From the human T2T-CHM13v2.0 reference genome, Homo sapiens: a stretch of 64,000 bases of DNA. Below are positions 37,259 to 58,200 of the stretch, in pieces; the first letter of the stretch is position 1, and each line of letters starts with the position of its first letter. The DNA is taken from positions 2,336,001 through 2,400,000 of the forward strand of contig CP068257.2 of assembly GCA_009914755.4 (NCBI GenBank), written 5' to 3'. The notes below the pieces were generated by a model, which had not been told where the DNA came from, made no database searches, and was given only the letters and a program-made list of their open reading frames with translations. Both the position numbers and the translations under genes were made by a program.

Positions 37259-39349
37259 GGTGTGAAAACAGTCGGCATTTCCCTTTAGAAGCTGTTGGTG
37301 GGAGGCAGGAGGGAGATGCTGCCCTGCAGGCCCCGTCTAACAGTTGGTCATTCCCATGGGGCGCCTGTTACAGTTCTGTGATTAGTGCCCAGTCCGGGTC
37401 CCTGAGAACGGCGCCCAGTCCTTGTCCCTGAGAACAGCGTTTGTGTCCTTTTACTCCTCCCTCTGGGCTTTTGTCATTCTCCATGTTCTTTTTCCTTCAG
37501 TGCCTGGGTTGCCGTTGACCAACTTTCTCTGCGTTTTTCTTATAGTCAATAGGGTATTCAATGGCTTCTTTTTAATTTTTTTCTTTTTTTTTCTTTGGCC
37601 TTTTGAGACAAGAAATTATTTCTTTATATTTTCTGTAAATTTTGTTTGAAAACTGAACTTCCTTCTTTAGATCATGTCCCTCTCCTGTCATATTTATTCA
37701 TTGACAGTTAGGGGAGGCTGGTAGCACTTTCCATGTTCTTCCCAGATGTCTCCTTAGGCAGATCCCTGAGATGGTGCAGTGCCCTTTCAGTTTCCATGTT
37801 GTGGTCGTAGTTTTCCCACAGTCCCTCAGCACGTAACTCTCAGGCCTTTTCTCCAGTTTCCAATGACATTTTCTCACCGTCCTTCAGGCCCTGACCAAGA
37901 TTCTTGATGCCCTTCCAGGTTGCATGAATGGTCTCCTTGAGGCCCAGTTACATATCAGCCTCACAGTCGTGGCAAATATTTTAGCTTCTGATTACCACAG
38001 CGGCTCATTTCCAGCTACCATATTCTGTTCCAGTTATCTATTCTGAAGAAACCATCCCCAAAACTTGGCAGCTTAAAACAACTCATTATTACTTGTTTTT
38101 TGGCTTAGAGAGTCTTGGTGGCCAGCTCATCTCACACACAGTTGCAGCCAAGCTGGATTGTGTGAAAGCACAGCGGGGTGGTGTGCAGGGTGGCTCACTA
38201 GTGGTTCGGAGTGGATGTTGCTGGAGGATCACTAGTGGTTGGGAGTCGGTGTTGCTGGAGGGTCAGTGGGGGATGTCAATGCAATGCGTGTAGCTAGTCA
38301 TGGACTGGCCGTGTGGCTTCCATCATGGGGTCTCAGGGGAGTGGGATTTCCTGCCTGGTGACTGGCTTTCTCCTGGATAAGTGTTCTGTTTTCTCAGCCT
38401 GGCTTCTGAAGTCCCCAAATACCACCTTTGTCACCTTCTGTTGGCCAAACAAATCAGTAGTCTGGGCAAGGTATAAGGGGAATTGGTTCTCACAGAGAGA
38501 GGAGCAGGAAAGAAGTTGTCACCTTTAGTCTACCAGAAATATGATTTTTATAACAAGTTTGTTCCAAATACATTCCAGTTCCCCTTGTGAATACTTTTTT
38601 GACTCACAGGGTATTTCAAAGTTTATTACTTGGTTTTCAGACATTTGAGGCTTTTCTGGATATCAATTTGTTGTTGGTTTCTAATTTAATTTCACGTGTT
38701 CAGACAACATACTTTGTATACTATTTCAGGCTTGAACCTTTTCTCAATTGATCGACATACAGTCTATCTTGGTACTGCCAAGTACCATTTGGGTCAGGAT
38801 TTTGTCATTTAGATCCGTATTTTTCCTATATTTTTATCTGGTTGTTCCATCAGTTATTGAGAGAGCAGTATTAATTCACCAGCTATAATTTTGGATTGTC
38901 AATTCCTGCTTTTGTTCTGTTGTTTTTGATTCACATATTTTGAGGCTCTGTGTGTGTGTGTACTTTGTGTGCACTTTGAGGCACAATTTATAATTGTAAT
39001 ATCATCCTCTCTGATTCTTTTATTTTTATGAAATTACCTTGTTTATTTCTGGTGATATATTTTGTTCTGAAGCCTCTTTCATCTAGTGTTAACATCTCCG
39101 TTGAAGCTTTTTATGATTAGTGTCTGGATAGCATATTTTTATGATTAGTGTCTGCATAGCATATTTTTTCTCATACTTTGTGTCTTTGTATTTAAATTGT
39201 GTCTCTGTGGATGCCATATTGTTGGGTCTTGCTTTCCTCTCAGGTCTGGCAGTCTCTGTCTTAAGTAGAGTATTTGTCCAGTTACATTGTAACTAATCAT
39301 TGCTAAGGTTGGATTTAGGTCTGCCATTTTTCTACTTATTTTCTATTTG

Positions 39350-39648
39350 TTTGTTTATTTTTTTTTTAAGACAGGGTCTTGCTCTGTCACCGAGACTGTA
39401 GTGCAATGGTGCAATGTTGGCTCACTGCAACCTCTGCCTCCCAGGCCCAACCTATACTCACTGGAGCCCACTGAGTAGCTGGGACTACAGGCGCATGGAA
39501 ACACACCTGGCTAATTTTTATATTTTTTGTAGAGATAGGGTTTTGCCATGTTGCACAGGCTGGTCTTGAACTCCTGAGCTCAAGCAATCTACCCACATTG
39601 GCCTCCCAAAGTGTTCAGATTACAGGCATGAGCCACCATGTCTGGCCT
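39350..39648 (-). mobile_element. Alu
   Basis: A T-run, then gacagggtcttgctctgtcacc...gctcactgcaacctctgcctcccagg...caggcatgagccaccatgtctggcc. Confidence 0.9.
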
Positions 39649-39757
39649 TCGTCTGTCTTTTGATCTTCTATATATTCTTTCCTAACTTCTTTTGGGTTAA
39701 ATATTTCTAAATATTCCAGTTTGATTAATCTTTTGGCTTTTTGAAATAATTTTTTAT

Positions 39758-40057
<300 letters not shown>

Positions 40058-40404
40058 TTATAAATAATTTATTATTTAGAATTTTGGTAACAAACACATA
40101 CCTTAAAATTTACCATCATAACCAATTGTAAGTGTACAGTTTTGTAGAGTTAAGAATATTTACAGTGTTGTGTAGCAGATTTCTAGATTTTTTTTATCTT
40201 GGAAAACTCTATACCCATTCAACAACTATTAATTTCCCCCTCCTTCCACCTCCTGGCAAGTACTATTCTACTTTGTGTTTCTAAAAATTTGGCTTATATA
40301 CCTAGGGTTATATAATATTTGTTGTTTTGTAAGTAGGTTCCATGTTATGTGTCAGATGTGTCAGGATTTTCTTCCTTTCTATGGCTGAATAATATTTCTT
40401 CATA

Positions 40405-40495
40405 TATATTATATATATATTACATATATATTATATACATATATTATATATTATATATAAAATATATGTATATAGTATATATCATATATATATAT
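40405..40495. repeat. AT-rich simple repeat, (TATATA / ATATATTAT)n
   Basis: tatatattatatatatattacatatatattatatacatatattatatattatatataaaatatatg. Confidence 0.9.
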
Positions 40496-40559
40496 GCTTT
40501 TGTTTATCCATCTATTCCTGGACGGACGTTTGGTTTCTTCCACCTTGTGGCTGTGTAAT

Positions 40560-41100
40560 GCTGCTGTGAACATAGGGGTGCACATATCTGTTTGAGGTCC
40601 TGCTACTAGTTATTCTGTCTCTGTAGTAGTTGGATGGCTGGATCATATGGTCATTTTATTTTATTTTTTTTGAGGAGCCAGTTCATATTTCCACCAACAG
40701 TGTTCAAAGGTTTCAGTTTCACCTGCGCTTGTTACTTTCTGTTGGGTTTGAAGTGATGTCGCATTGTGGTTTCTTTTTGCATTTCTCTAATGACTAGTGA
40801 TGTTACACATCTTCTCATATATCTCATGTATCTGTTGGCTATTTGTATATCATCTTTGCATCTTTGGATAAATATTGTTTGTCCATTTTTTTAATCACTT
40901 TATTTTGTTGTTGGGTTGTAGTGGGGTTTTTTTGTCATGATCATTCATTTATCTCACAGTTCATTCTCCTTACTTGGGCCAGGGTCATGATCATTCATTA
41001 TCTCTCAGTTCATCCTCATTACGTTGGGCAAACAGTCATGCTGCAGGGTATAGATTATGTTATTCTGTTACTTTCAGGTAGAATTGGGGTCTAGGTTCTA
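40560..41100 (-). mobile_element. Old L1 fragment in antisense orientation
   Basis: ccaccaacagtgttcaaaggtttc...cattgtggtttctttttgcatttctctaatgactagtgatgtt.cacatcttctcat is the reverse complement of the L1 ORF2 C-terminal region. Confidence 0.5.
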
Positions 41101-42239
41101 ATTGTTTCTAAGTTTAGATTCTGAATGAGAATCAGCAGAGGTAGACCACCACTGCTGGGGCCTGGGGATTGCCGGGGAAAAGGCAGGAAACAAATACAGA
41201 CCTGACCATGGAGGGTTTGTGTTTCATGGCTCCCATCTGGGTACCCAAGGAACCTACATGTAGCTCGTGTGTGGAGAGCCTACATTGCCCACTCAAAGCA
41301 ATTGAGGATGGAACAGTCTTGGGGCTGGAGCTCATTTTTTGGAATGATAACCACATCTGCACAGAGAGGACCTGATAAGATGTTGTCCTTCCATGTATAT
41401 CTGGGAATCCTGTGTAGGGTCTCTCTGTAAGGACAGGGGCAGTGTTGGCTCCTTGGCCTCTAGTTAGCCTCACGAGTAGTCTAGTAAAGGCTTTGCCAAC
41501 TTGTCACCATCTGTGGATATTCTGGCCAGCTCTTGTTTTCACCCTACTGACCTCTTCAGACACTAGGCTTTTGCTTTAGACCACTCATGGTTTTTCTTCC
41601 TCTTCAAATCAGTAATCAATAAATCCTCTTCAAATCAATAGATTTCCACTCCTTTAGGAAACTCTGATCTTCTGGTCATGCCAAGGTTTAATTAACTGGT
41701 TTAATTGTTTTTCTGTTTTCTTGGTTTCTTTTTCCTTCTTCCTGGGGGTTTCTAGTAATTTTAGATTCATGTCTCACTTTCTCCATTTTTTAGTTCTTAG
41801 TTTTCTTCTGTGATTATTTTCACTGCAGCTGCAGGGCCTAATCCTGGGTTGGCAGAGAACTAGCACTTACTCTGCCCTAATTGGAATCCGGGAGAGATAG
41901 GAGGTGCCCTAGTGTGAAAATGTGTTTGCTCCTCTTTGCTTCTGGTAGTCTCTCCGTAGGAGTACTTTACGTATTCTGAATATTCACTTCTTATGAGATA
42001 CATGATGTGCAACTATAGGTTGAATGTCTCTGATCCAAAAATCTGAAATCCCAAATGCTCCAAATTCTGAAACTTTTTGAGTGCCAACATGACACTCAAA
42101 GGAAATGCTTATTGGAGCATCGCAGACTCAGGTGTTTGAATTCGAGATGCTCAACCAGTAAGAATAATGCAAATATTACAAAATCTGAAACACATCCCAA
42201 GCATTTCAAATAAGGGACACTCAACTGGTATTTTCTTTT

Positions 42240-45525
<3,286 letters not shown>

Positions 45526-45655
45526 TTATATGTATTTCCATTTAGAAACTATGATCTCCTAAGTGTATTGACACAACAACCTGACATAAAGATAAAGAAT
45601 AATAAGCATATAACAAAACGGAAACTTGCAAATACCTGTTTTTTATTAATTTTTA

Positions 45656-46630
<975 letters not shown>

Positions 46631-46751
46631 ATATACATCTTAATGAGTTTAGTGATAAGTATTCTCCCCAGGACTCATCACAACAAATAATGCCGTAAAC
46701 TTGACCATCACTCCCCATATATTTCTCATTCTCACGCTTTTTAAAAAATGA

Positions 46752-47047
46752 GACCGGGAGCGGTGGCTCACGCCTGTAATCCCAGCACTTTGGGAGGCCG
46801 AGGCAGGTGGATCACGAGGTCAGGAGATCAAGACCATCCTGGCTAACACAGTGAAACCCCCTTTCTACTAAAAATACAGAAAATTAGCTGCGCGTGATGG
46901 CAGGCGCCTGTAGTCTCAGCTACTTGGGAGACTGAGGCAGGATAATGGTGTGAACTCGGGAGGCAGAGCTTGCAGTGAGCCAAGGTAGTGCCACTGCACT
47001 CCAGCCTGGGCAACAGAGCGAGACTCCATGTCAAAAAAAAAAAAAAT
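46752..47047 (+). mobile_element. Alu
   Basis: gagaccgggagcggtggctcacgcctgtaatcccagcactttgggaggccgaggcaggtggatcacgaggtcaggagatcaagaccatcc...A15 tail. Confidence 0.9.
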
Positions 47048-47329
47048 GAGATGACCATTTCACCTAAAATATACCCTCTTAAGTTTTTTTTTACGTGTAC
47101 AATACAGGACGGCCATGCATCAGAGATATATGTGGGTTTGGTTCCAGACCACTGCAATAAAGTGAGTTATACAATTTCTTTTGGTTTCCCAGTGCATGTA
47201 AAAGTATGTTTATACTGTGCTGTATAAAGTGTGCAACAGCATATGTCTACAAAGTGTGCATACTTTAATTTACAAATACTTTATTGTTAACAAGTGCTAA
47301 CAGTCATCTGAGCCTTCAGAAAACTGCAA

Positions 47330-47597
47330 TCTTTTTTTGTGTGTGTGACAGGGTTTTACTCTGTGGCTCAGGCTGGAGTAATTGCAGCCTCAACCTCATG
47401 CTCGATCAAACCTCCACCTCAGACTCCTGACTAGCTGGGACTACAGGTGCATGCCACCATGTCCAGCTAATTCTTGTATTTTTTTTTTGTAGAGATGAGG
47501 TTTTGCCATGTTGCCTTGACGTCCTGGGCTCAAGCAATCCACACAACTTGGCCTCCCAAGTTGTTGGGATGACAGGTGTGAGCCACTGCACCTGGCC
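47330..47597 (-). mobile_element. Alu, diverged and partly rearranged
   Basis: gacagggttttactctgtggctcaggctggagtaattgcagcctcaacctcatgctc...gtgagccactgcacctggcc. Confidence 0.8.
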
Positions 47598-48194
47598 AAG
47601 TTTCAGTCTTCTTGCTGATGGAGAGACTTGCCTTAATGTAAGGTGGTGGTTGCTGAGCGTTGGGGTGGCTGTGGCAATTTCTTAAAATAAGACAACATTG
47701 AAGTTTGCTGTGTCAATTGACTCTCTGTTTCACAAAAGAATTATCTGTAGCATACGATGTTGTTTGATAGCTTTTTACCCACAGTAGAACTTTCAAAATT
47801 GGATTCAATCCTGTCAGACCTTCGTACTGCTGTACCAACTAAGTTTATGTATTATTGTAAATCACTGGGTTCAATCCTGTCAAGCCCTCCTTCTGCTGTA
47901 CCAACTAAGTTTATTCTAAATCTGTTGTCATCTCAACAATGTTTACACTGTCTTCACCACGAGTAGATTTCATCTCAAGAAACCACTTTCTTTGCTCATC
48001 CGTGGAAGCAACTCATCCACTCACGTTTTCTCCGGAGGCTGCTGCAGTCTCGCCACATCTTCAGGCTCTGTCTCTGTTTCTAGTGCTCTTGTTATTTCCA
48101 CCATATCTGCAGTTACTTCCTACAGAGAAGTCGTGAACCCCTCAGTGTCATCTGTGAGGGTTGGAATAATCTTCCCAACTTCTCTCTCTCTTTT

Positions 48195-50345
<2,151 letters not shown>

Positions 50346-50599
50346 CTGTCTTTTGATAGGCTCTGACAATCTCTATCTTTGAATTGGTACATTCATACTA
50401 TTAACATTCAAAGTGATTATTGATATCATTGGATTAATATCTACTATATTTGTTACTGTTTTCTATTCATTCTCCTCAGTCTTCATTCTTTTGTCTACCA
50501 CTCTTTTTCTGCCTTTTGCAGTTTTCATTGATGATTTTAGATGACTACATTTTCCGTCTTTTTTAGCATGTACTTCTCTTTTTAAAATTTTTTTTAACT

Positions 50600-51128
50600 A
50601 TTTGCCACAGAATTTGCAATATACATTTACAACAAATTCAAGTCCACTTTCAAATAACACTATCCCACTATCCCACAAATAGGACTACCTGCTTAACAAA
50701 CAAAACACCTAATTCCTCAATATACATTTACAACCAATTCAAGTCCACTTTCAGATAACACTATCCCACTTCACGGGTGACTACCTGCTTAACAAAGAAA
50801 ACACCTGATTCCTCCCTCCCATCCTTCCATTCCATTCCTTGTATTATTGTTCCTTATTTCCCTTGTGTATAAGCATACATAATCTATCTGTGTGTATTTA
50901 TTGTTATCTACAAACTTATTGGTCAGATCAATTATGAATAAATACATGTTTTTATTTTACCACAATTCCTCCCTCCCATCCTTCCATTGCATTCCTTGTA
51001 TTAGTGTTACTCATTTCACTTGTGTATAAGCATACATAATCTATCTGTGTGTATTTGTTATTGTCTGTGAACTTCTTGGTCAGATCAATTAAGAATAAAT
51101 ATATAGGTTTTTATTGTACCGCAATTCT
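50600..51128. repeat. Two adjacent local tandem duplications, ~108 bp x2 and ~158 bp x2
   Basis: aatatacatttacaac.aattcaagtccactttca.ataacactatcccac...ctgcttaacaa..aaaacacct.attcctc occurs twice. Then cctcccatccttccatt.cattccttgtatta.tgtt.ct.atttc.cttgtgtataagcatacataatctatctgtgtgtattt.ttat.g.ctg..aactt.ttggtcagatcaatta.gaataaata occurs twice. Confidence 0.8.
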
Positions 51129-51139
51129 TTCTTTAATGA

Positions 51140-52150
51140 TCTTTTTAAAAAATTGTTGATCCAAGTTTCAGTTAAATATCTTTTGTTTCCCTCTAAAGAA
51201 TTTCATTTAACATTTCTTGCAAGACAGGTCTCCTGGCAACAAGTTTCTTGAATTTTTATTTTTCTGAGGAAGGCCTTAATTCTCCTTCACTTTTGAAGGG
51301 TGGTTTCAGTGTGTACAGAAACTTAGGTTGGTGGGGTTTTTTCTGTCAATATTTTCAATTTTTCATTTCACTGTCTTCTTGCTTTCACAATTTCTGCAAT
51401 GTTGAATGCCGTTCTTATCTTTGTGTCTCTGTAGGTAAGGTGTTTTCTGCCCCACCTCTGGTTTCTTTCAGAGTTTTCCTTTATCTTTTACTTCATATAG
51501 TTTGAAAATTATATGTCCAAGTGTAGGTTGTTGGCATTTATTCTGCATGGTGTTCTCGGAGCTTCCTGGATTTTTGGTTTGGTGTCTGACATTAATACTG
51601 GAAGTTCTCAGACATGGTAGTTGCAGAACTTTCTTCTATTTCTTCTCCTCCTGGTATTCTCACTACTCTGTTTCACCTTTTGTAGTTGTCCCACAGTCTT
51701 GGATATCATCTTCTGTTCTTTTCAGTGTTTCTTTTCTTTAGTTTTTGAAGTTTCTGATGATAAATCCTCAAGCTCAGAGACTCTTTACTCAGCTGAGTCC
51801 AGTCTACTAATAAGCCATCAGAGGTATTCTTCAGTTATTTACCACATTTTTTATCACTACATTATGTTGAAGGTTCTTACGATGTCTGTCTTTCTGATTA
51901 CATTACCCATCTACACTTGAATGCTGTCTACTTCATTCATTAGAGCCCTTAACATATTCTCCAGAGGTTTAAAAAAAATCCAAAATCATATTTTTGTCTG
52001 CTTCTGAAGCTTGCTCTGTTGACACAAATTGTATTTTTTTCTTTTTTTGGACTTTAGTATGCCTTGCAATTTGTTCCCTTTATTCTCATGCATGAAGTAC
52101 CCACGAAAAGTGACTGCTGTTAGTATAGCTTCAGTAATGTGGTGATGAGG
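51140..52150 (-). mobile_element. Probable old L1 fragment from the 5' / ORF1-proximal region, in antisense orientation
   Basis: gcaagacaggtctcctggcaacaa.tt.ct..a.tttt..ttt.tctgag.aag.c.tta.ttctccttcacttttgaagg, cattccactgtcttct.gctt.ca and gttgtcccacagt.cttggata resemble the reverse complement of L1. Confidence 0.35.
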
Positions 52151-52299
52151 TGACAGGGCAGCTGATGCTCTCTTAGTCTCTTTAGGCTACTATAACAAAA
52201 TACTTTAGACTGAGTAATTCATAAACAACAGAGATTATTGCTCACAGATCTGGAGGCTGGAAAGTCCAAGACTAAAGGGCCAGGATATTTGGTGTTTGG

Positions 52300-55200
52300 T
52301 GAAGGTCAAACATTCAGACACTTGCAACGACTATAGTGACAGCAGCAGTCTTCAGAAATCCTATGTGAGGGACAAACACTCAGAAGCCAGCTGGAGTGTT
52401 CTAGAATCCTATGTGAGGGAAAAACATTCAGACCCCAGCAGTAGTGTTGTGGAATCCTATGTGAGGGAAGAACATTCAAACCCTCGTAGCAGTGTTCTGG
52501 AATCCTATGTGAGGGAAAAAAATTCAGAACCTCGTAGCAGTGTTCTGGAATCCTATGTGAGGGAAAAAAATTCAGAACCTCGTAGCAGTGTTCTGGAATC
52601 CTATGTGAGGAACAATCAGACCACATCAGGAATGTTCTGGAATCCTATGTGAGGGACAAACATTCAGAGTACAGCAGGAGTGTTCTGGAATCCTATGTGT
52701 GGGACAAACATTCAGACCACAGCAGGAGTGCTCTGCAATCCTATGTGAGGGACAAACATTTCAAAACCTCGTAGCAGTGTGCTGGAATGTTATGTCAGGG
52801 ACAGACATTTAGACCCTCACAGCAGTGTTCTGGAATCCCATCTGCGGGACAAACATTCAGACACTCGCAGCAGTGTTCTGGAATTCTATGTGAGGGACAG
52901 ACATTCAAACCCCAACAGCAGTGTTCTGGAATCCTATGTGAGGGACAAACTTTCAGACCCTCGTAGCAGTGTTCTGGAATCCTATCTGAGGGACAAACAT
53001 TCAGACCCTCATAGCACTGTACTGGAATACTATGTGAGGGACAAACATTCAGACCATGGCAGTTCCGAAATGCTATGTGAAGGACAAACATTCAGACCTT
53101 CGTAGCAGTGTTCTGGAATCCTATGTGAGGGACAAGCATTCAGAACCTCGTAGCAGTGTCCTGGAATCTTATGTGAGGGAGAGACATTTAGACCCTCGCA
53201 GCTGTGTTCTGGTATCCCATGTGAGAGACAAACATTCAGACCCTCCCAGCCGTGTTCTGGAATTCTATGTGAGGGAAAGACATTCAAACCCCAGCAGCAG
53301 TGTTCTGGAATCCGATTTGAGGGGCAGACATTCAGACCACAGCAGCAGTGTTCTGGAATCCTATGTGAGGGACAAACATTCAGACCCCAGCAGCAGTGTT
53401 CTGGAATCCTATGTGAAGGAAAAATATTAAGATCCTCGTAGCAGTGTCCTGGAATCATATGGAAGGGACAACCATTCAGACACCAGCAGAAGTCTTCTGG
53501 AATCCTAGGTGTGGGAAAAACATTCAGAACCTAGTAGCAGTGTTCTGGAATCCTATGTGAGGGACATACATTCAGACCACGGCAGCAGTGTTCTGGAATG
53601 GTATGTGAAGGACAAACATTCAGACCCTTGTAGCAGTGTTCCGGAATCCTATGTGAGGGACAAACATTCAGACCACGGCAGCAGTGTTCCGGAATCCTGT
53701 ATGACGGACCAACATTCAGACCCTTGCAACAGTGTTCTGGAATACTAGGTGAGGGAGAATTATTTATACCCTCGTAGCAGTGTTCTGTAATCCTATGTGA
53801 GGGACAAACATTCAGACCCCAGGAGCAGTGCTCTGACATCCTAAGTTAAGGGAAACATTGAGACCCCAGCACGAATGTTCTGGAATCCTATGTGAGGGAC
53901 AAACATTCAGACCACGGCAGGAGTGTTCTGGAATCCTATGTAAGGAACAAACATTCAGACCTCAGCAGGAGTGTTCTGGTATCCTATATGAGGGATAAGC
54001 ATTTAGACCCTCGTAGCAGTGTTCTGGAATCCTATGTGAGGGAGAAGCATTCAGAGCACAGCAGGAGTGCTCTGGAATCCCATGTTAGGGACAAACATTC
54101 AGAACCTGGTACCATTGTGCTGGAAACCTATGTGAGGGACAGACATTTAGACCCTCGCAGCAGTGTTCTGGAATCCCATGTGAGGGACAAACATTCAGAT
54201 CCTCGCAGCAGTGTTCTGGAATACTATGTGAGTGACAAACATTCAGACTCCAGCAGCAGTGCTCTGTATTCCTATGTGAAGGACAAACATTCAGAACCCA
54301 GGAGCAGTGTTTTGAAATCATATGTTAAGGGCAAACATACAGACCCTAGCATCAATGTTCTAGAATCCTATGTGAGGGACATACATTCAGACCCTTGCAG
54401 CAGTGTTCTGGAATCCCAGATGGGGGACAAACATTCAGACAATGGCAGCAGTGTTCTGGAATCCTATGTGAGGCACAAACACTCAGAGCCTCGTAGTGGT
54501 GTTCTGGAATCCTATGTGAGGAACAAACAATCAGACCACAGCAAGAGTGTTCTGGAATCCTTTGTTAGGGACAAACATTCAGATCACAGCAGCAGAGTTC
54601 TGGAATCCTATGTGAAGGACAAACATTCAGACCCTCGTAGCAATGTTCTGGAATCCTAAGTGAGGGACAAACTTTCAGACAACAGCAAGAGTGTTCTGGA
54701 ATCCAATGTGAGGGACAAACATTCAGACCCTCATAGTAATTTTCTGGAACCCTAAGTGAGGGACAAACATTCAGAATTTCATAGCAGTGTTCTGGAATCC
54801 TACATGAGGGATAAACATTCAGACCACAGCAGGAGTGTTCTGGAATCCTATGTGAGGGACAAAAATTCAGATGCCAGCATAAGTCTTCTGGAATCCTATG
54901 TGAGGGACAAACATTCAGACCCTCATAGCAGTGTTCTGGAATCCTGTGTGAGGGACAAACATTCAGACCACAGCAGGAGTGTTCTGGAATCCTGCGTGAG
55001 GGACAAACATTCAGACCCTTGTGGCAGTGTTCTGGAATCCTATGTGAGAGACAAACATTCAGACCCTCATAACAGTTTTCTGAAATCCTACTTGAGAGAC
55101 AAACATTCCCACCACAGCAGGAGTGTTCTCGAATCCTATGTGAGGGCAAACATTCAAACCACAGCAGGAGTGTTCTGGAATGCTATGTGAGGGACAAACA

Positions 55201-58200
55201 TTCAGACACTCGCAGCAGGCTTCTGGAATCCTACGTGAGGGACAAATATTTAGACAATGGCAGCAGTGTTCTGGAATCCTATGTGGGGGACAAACATTCA
55301 GAGCCTTGTAGTGTTGTGGAATCCTATGTGAGGGACAGACATTTAGACCACAGCAGCAGTGTTCTGGAATCCCATGTGAGAGACAAACATTCAGACCCCG
55401 AACAGAAGTGTTCTGGAATCCTATGTGAGGGACAAACATTTAGACCCTCTTTGCAGTGTTCTGGAATCCTATGTGAGGGACAAACATTCAGACGCCAGCA
55501 GCAGTGTTTTGGAGTCGTATGTGATGGACAAACATTCAGACCCTTGTAGCTTCTTCTGGAATCCTACGTGAGACACAAACACTCAGAACCCAGCAACAGT
55601 GTTCTGGAATCCTATGTGAAGGACAAGCATTCAGACCCTCGTAGCAGTGTACTGTAATCCTATGTGAGGGACAAACATTCAGACCATAGCAAGATTGTTC
55701 TGGAATCCTATGTGAGGAACAAATATTCAGACCAGGACAGCAGTGTTTTGTAATCCTGTCTGAAGGACAAACATTGAGACCCTTGTAGCTGTTTTCTGGA
55801 ATCTTATGTGAGGAACAAACACTCAGACCATAGCAGGAGTGTTCTGGAATCCTGTGTGAGGGAGAAATATTCAGACCACTGCATGAGTGTTCTGGAATTC
55901 AATTTGAGGGACAAACATGCAGACCCTCGTAGGAGTGTTCTGAAATCCTATGTGATGAACAAACATTCAGACCACAGCAAGAGTGTTCTGGAATCCTATG
56001 CGAGGTACAAACATTCAGACCACAACAGGAGTGTCCTGGAATCCCATGTGAGGTGCAAACATTCAGACCCTCATAGCAGTGTTCTTGAATGCTATGTGAG
56101 GGACAAAATTTCACAGCACAGCAGGAGTGTTCTGGAGTCCTATGTGATGGACAAACATTCAGAACACAGCAGGAGTGTTCTGAAATACTATGTGAGGGAC
56201 AAATATTCAGACCACAGAAGGAGTGTTCTGGAATCCTTTGTGAAGGACAAACGTTCAGACCCTTGTAGCAGTGTTCAGGAATCCTATGTGAGGGACAAAC
56301 ATTGAGACCCCAGTAGGAGTGTTCTGGAGTCCCATGTGAGGGACAAAGATTCAGACTTTCGTAGCAGTGTTTTGAAATCCTATGTGAGGGACAAACGTTC
56401 AGACCACAGCAAGGGGGCTCTGGAATCCTATGTGAGGGACAAACATTCAGAACTTCATAGCCGTGTGCTGGAATTTTATGTGAGGGAGAGATATTTAGAC
56501 CCTTGGAGCAGTGTTCTGGAATCCCATAGGAGAGACATACATTCAGACCCTCCCAGCAGTGTTCTGGAATTCTATGTGAGGGACAGACATTCAAACCCCA
56601 GCAGCAGTGTTCTGGAATGTGATGTGAGGTACAAACATTCAGACACCAGCAGAAGTGTGCTGGAATACTATGTGAGGGAGAAACACTCAGACCCTCGTAG
56701 CAGTGTTGTGGAATCCTATGTGAAGGACAAGCATTCATACCCTCGTAGCAGTGTCCTGGAATCATATGTGAGGGATAAACTTTGAGAATCCAGCAGAGGT
56801 GTTCTGGAATCCTAGATGTGGGACAAACATTCAGACCCTCATAGCAGTGTTCTGGAATCCTATGCGAGGGAGAAACTTTCAGACCACGGCATGGAAGCAG
56901 AGGTGTTCTGGAATCCTAGGTGTGGGACAAACATTCAGACCCTCATAGCAGTGTTCTGGAATGCTATGTGAGGGAGAAACTTTCAGACCACGGCAGCAGT
57001 GTTCTGGAATGCTACATGAAGGACAAACATCCTGACCCTCCTAACAGTGTTATGCAATCCTATGTGAGGGACAGACATTTAGACCCTCGCAGCTGTGTTC
57101 TGGAGTCCTATGGGAGGGACAAACATTCAGACCCTTGCAGCAGTTTTCTGGAATCCTTTGTGAGGGAGAGACATTCAGACCCTCATAGTGGTGTTCTGGA
57201 ATCCTGTGTGACAGACAAACATTCAGAACCTGGTATCAGCGTTCTTCCATCCTATATCAGGGACATACATACCCCAGCCACAGTGTTCTGGAATCCTATG
57301 TGACAGACAAACATACAAACAACAGCAGGAGTGTTCTGGAATCCTATGTGAGGAACAAACATTTAGACCCTCGTAGCAGTGTTCTGGAATCCTATGTCAG
57401 GGACCAACATTCAGACCCTAGAAGCAGTGTTCTGGAGTGTTATGAGACAGAAAAGCATTCAGACCCTCATAGCAGTGTTCTGGAATTCTATGTCAGGGAT
57501 ATTCAGACCACAGCAGAAATGTTCTGGAATCCTATGTGAGGCACAAACCTTCAGACCACAGCAGGCGTTTTCTGGAATCATATGTGAGGGACATTCAGAC
57601 CATCACAAGAGTGTTCTGGAATCCTATGTGAAGGGCAAACATTCAGACTCCAGCAGCATTGTTCTTCAATGCTATCTGAGGGAGAAACTTTCAGACAACA
57701 GCAGGAGTGTTCTGGAGTCCTATGTGAGGGACAAACTTTCAGAACACAGCAGGAGTGTTCTGAAATCCTATGTGAGGGACAAACATTCAGACCACAGCAG
57801 GAGTGTTCTGGAATCCGTTGTGAAGGAGAAATATTCAGACCCTTGTAGCAGTTCTCTGGAATCCTATTTGAGGGACAAATATTCAGAACACAGTAGAAGT
57901 ATTCTGAAATCCTATGTGAGGGACAAACATTCAAACGACAGCAGGAGTGCTCTGGAGTCCTATGTGAGTGTCAAACATTCAGACAACAGCAGGAGTGTTC
58001 TGGAATCCTATGTGAAGAACAAGCATTCAGACCCCAGCAGCAGTGTTCTGGAACCCTATGTGAGGGAAAAGCATCCGTATCCTCGTAGGGGTGTTCTAGA
58101 ATCCTATGTGAGGGAAAAAAAACTCAGAATCCAGGAGCAGTGCTCTGGAATCCTATGTGAGGGACAAACATTCAGTCCACAGCAGCAGTGTTCTGGACTG

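Noticed and set aside
36000-39340. A ~3.3-kb stretch with few recognisable interspersed repeats, considered as a possible exon-bearing segment
   Set aside because: Only short ORFs of 75 aa or less are present. There are no splice-site-flanked conserved blocks or CpG island, and no recognisable protein similarity. The only structured elements are a 59-bp tandem repeat (37004-37258) and small local duplications.
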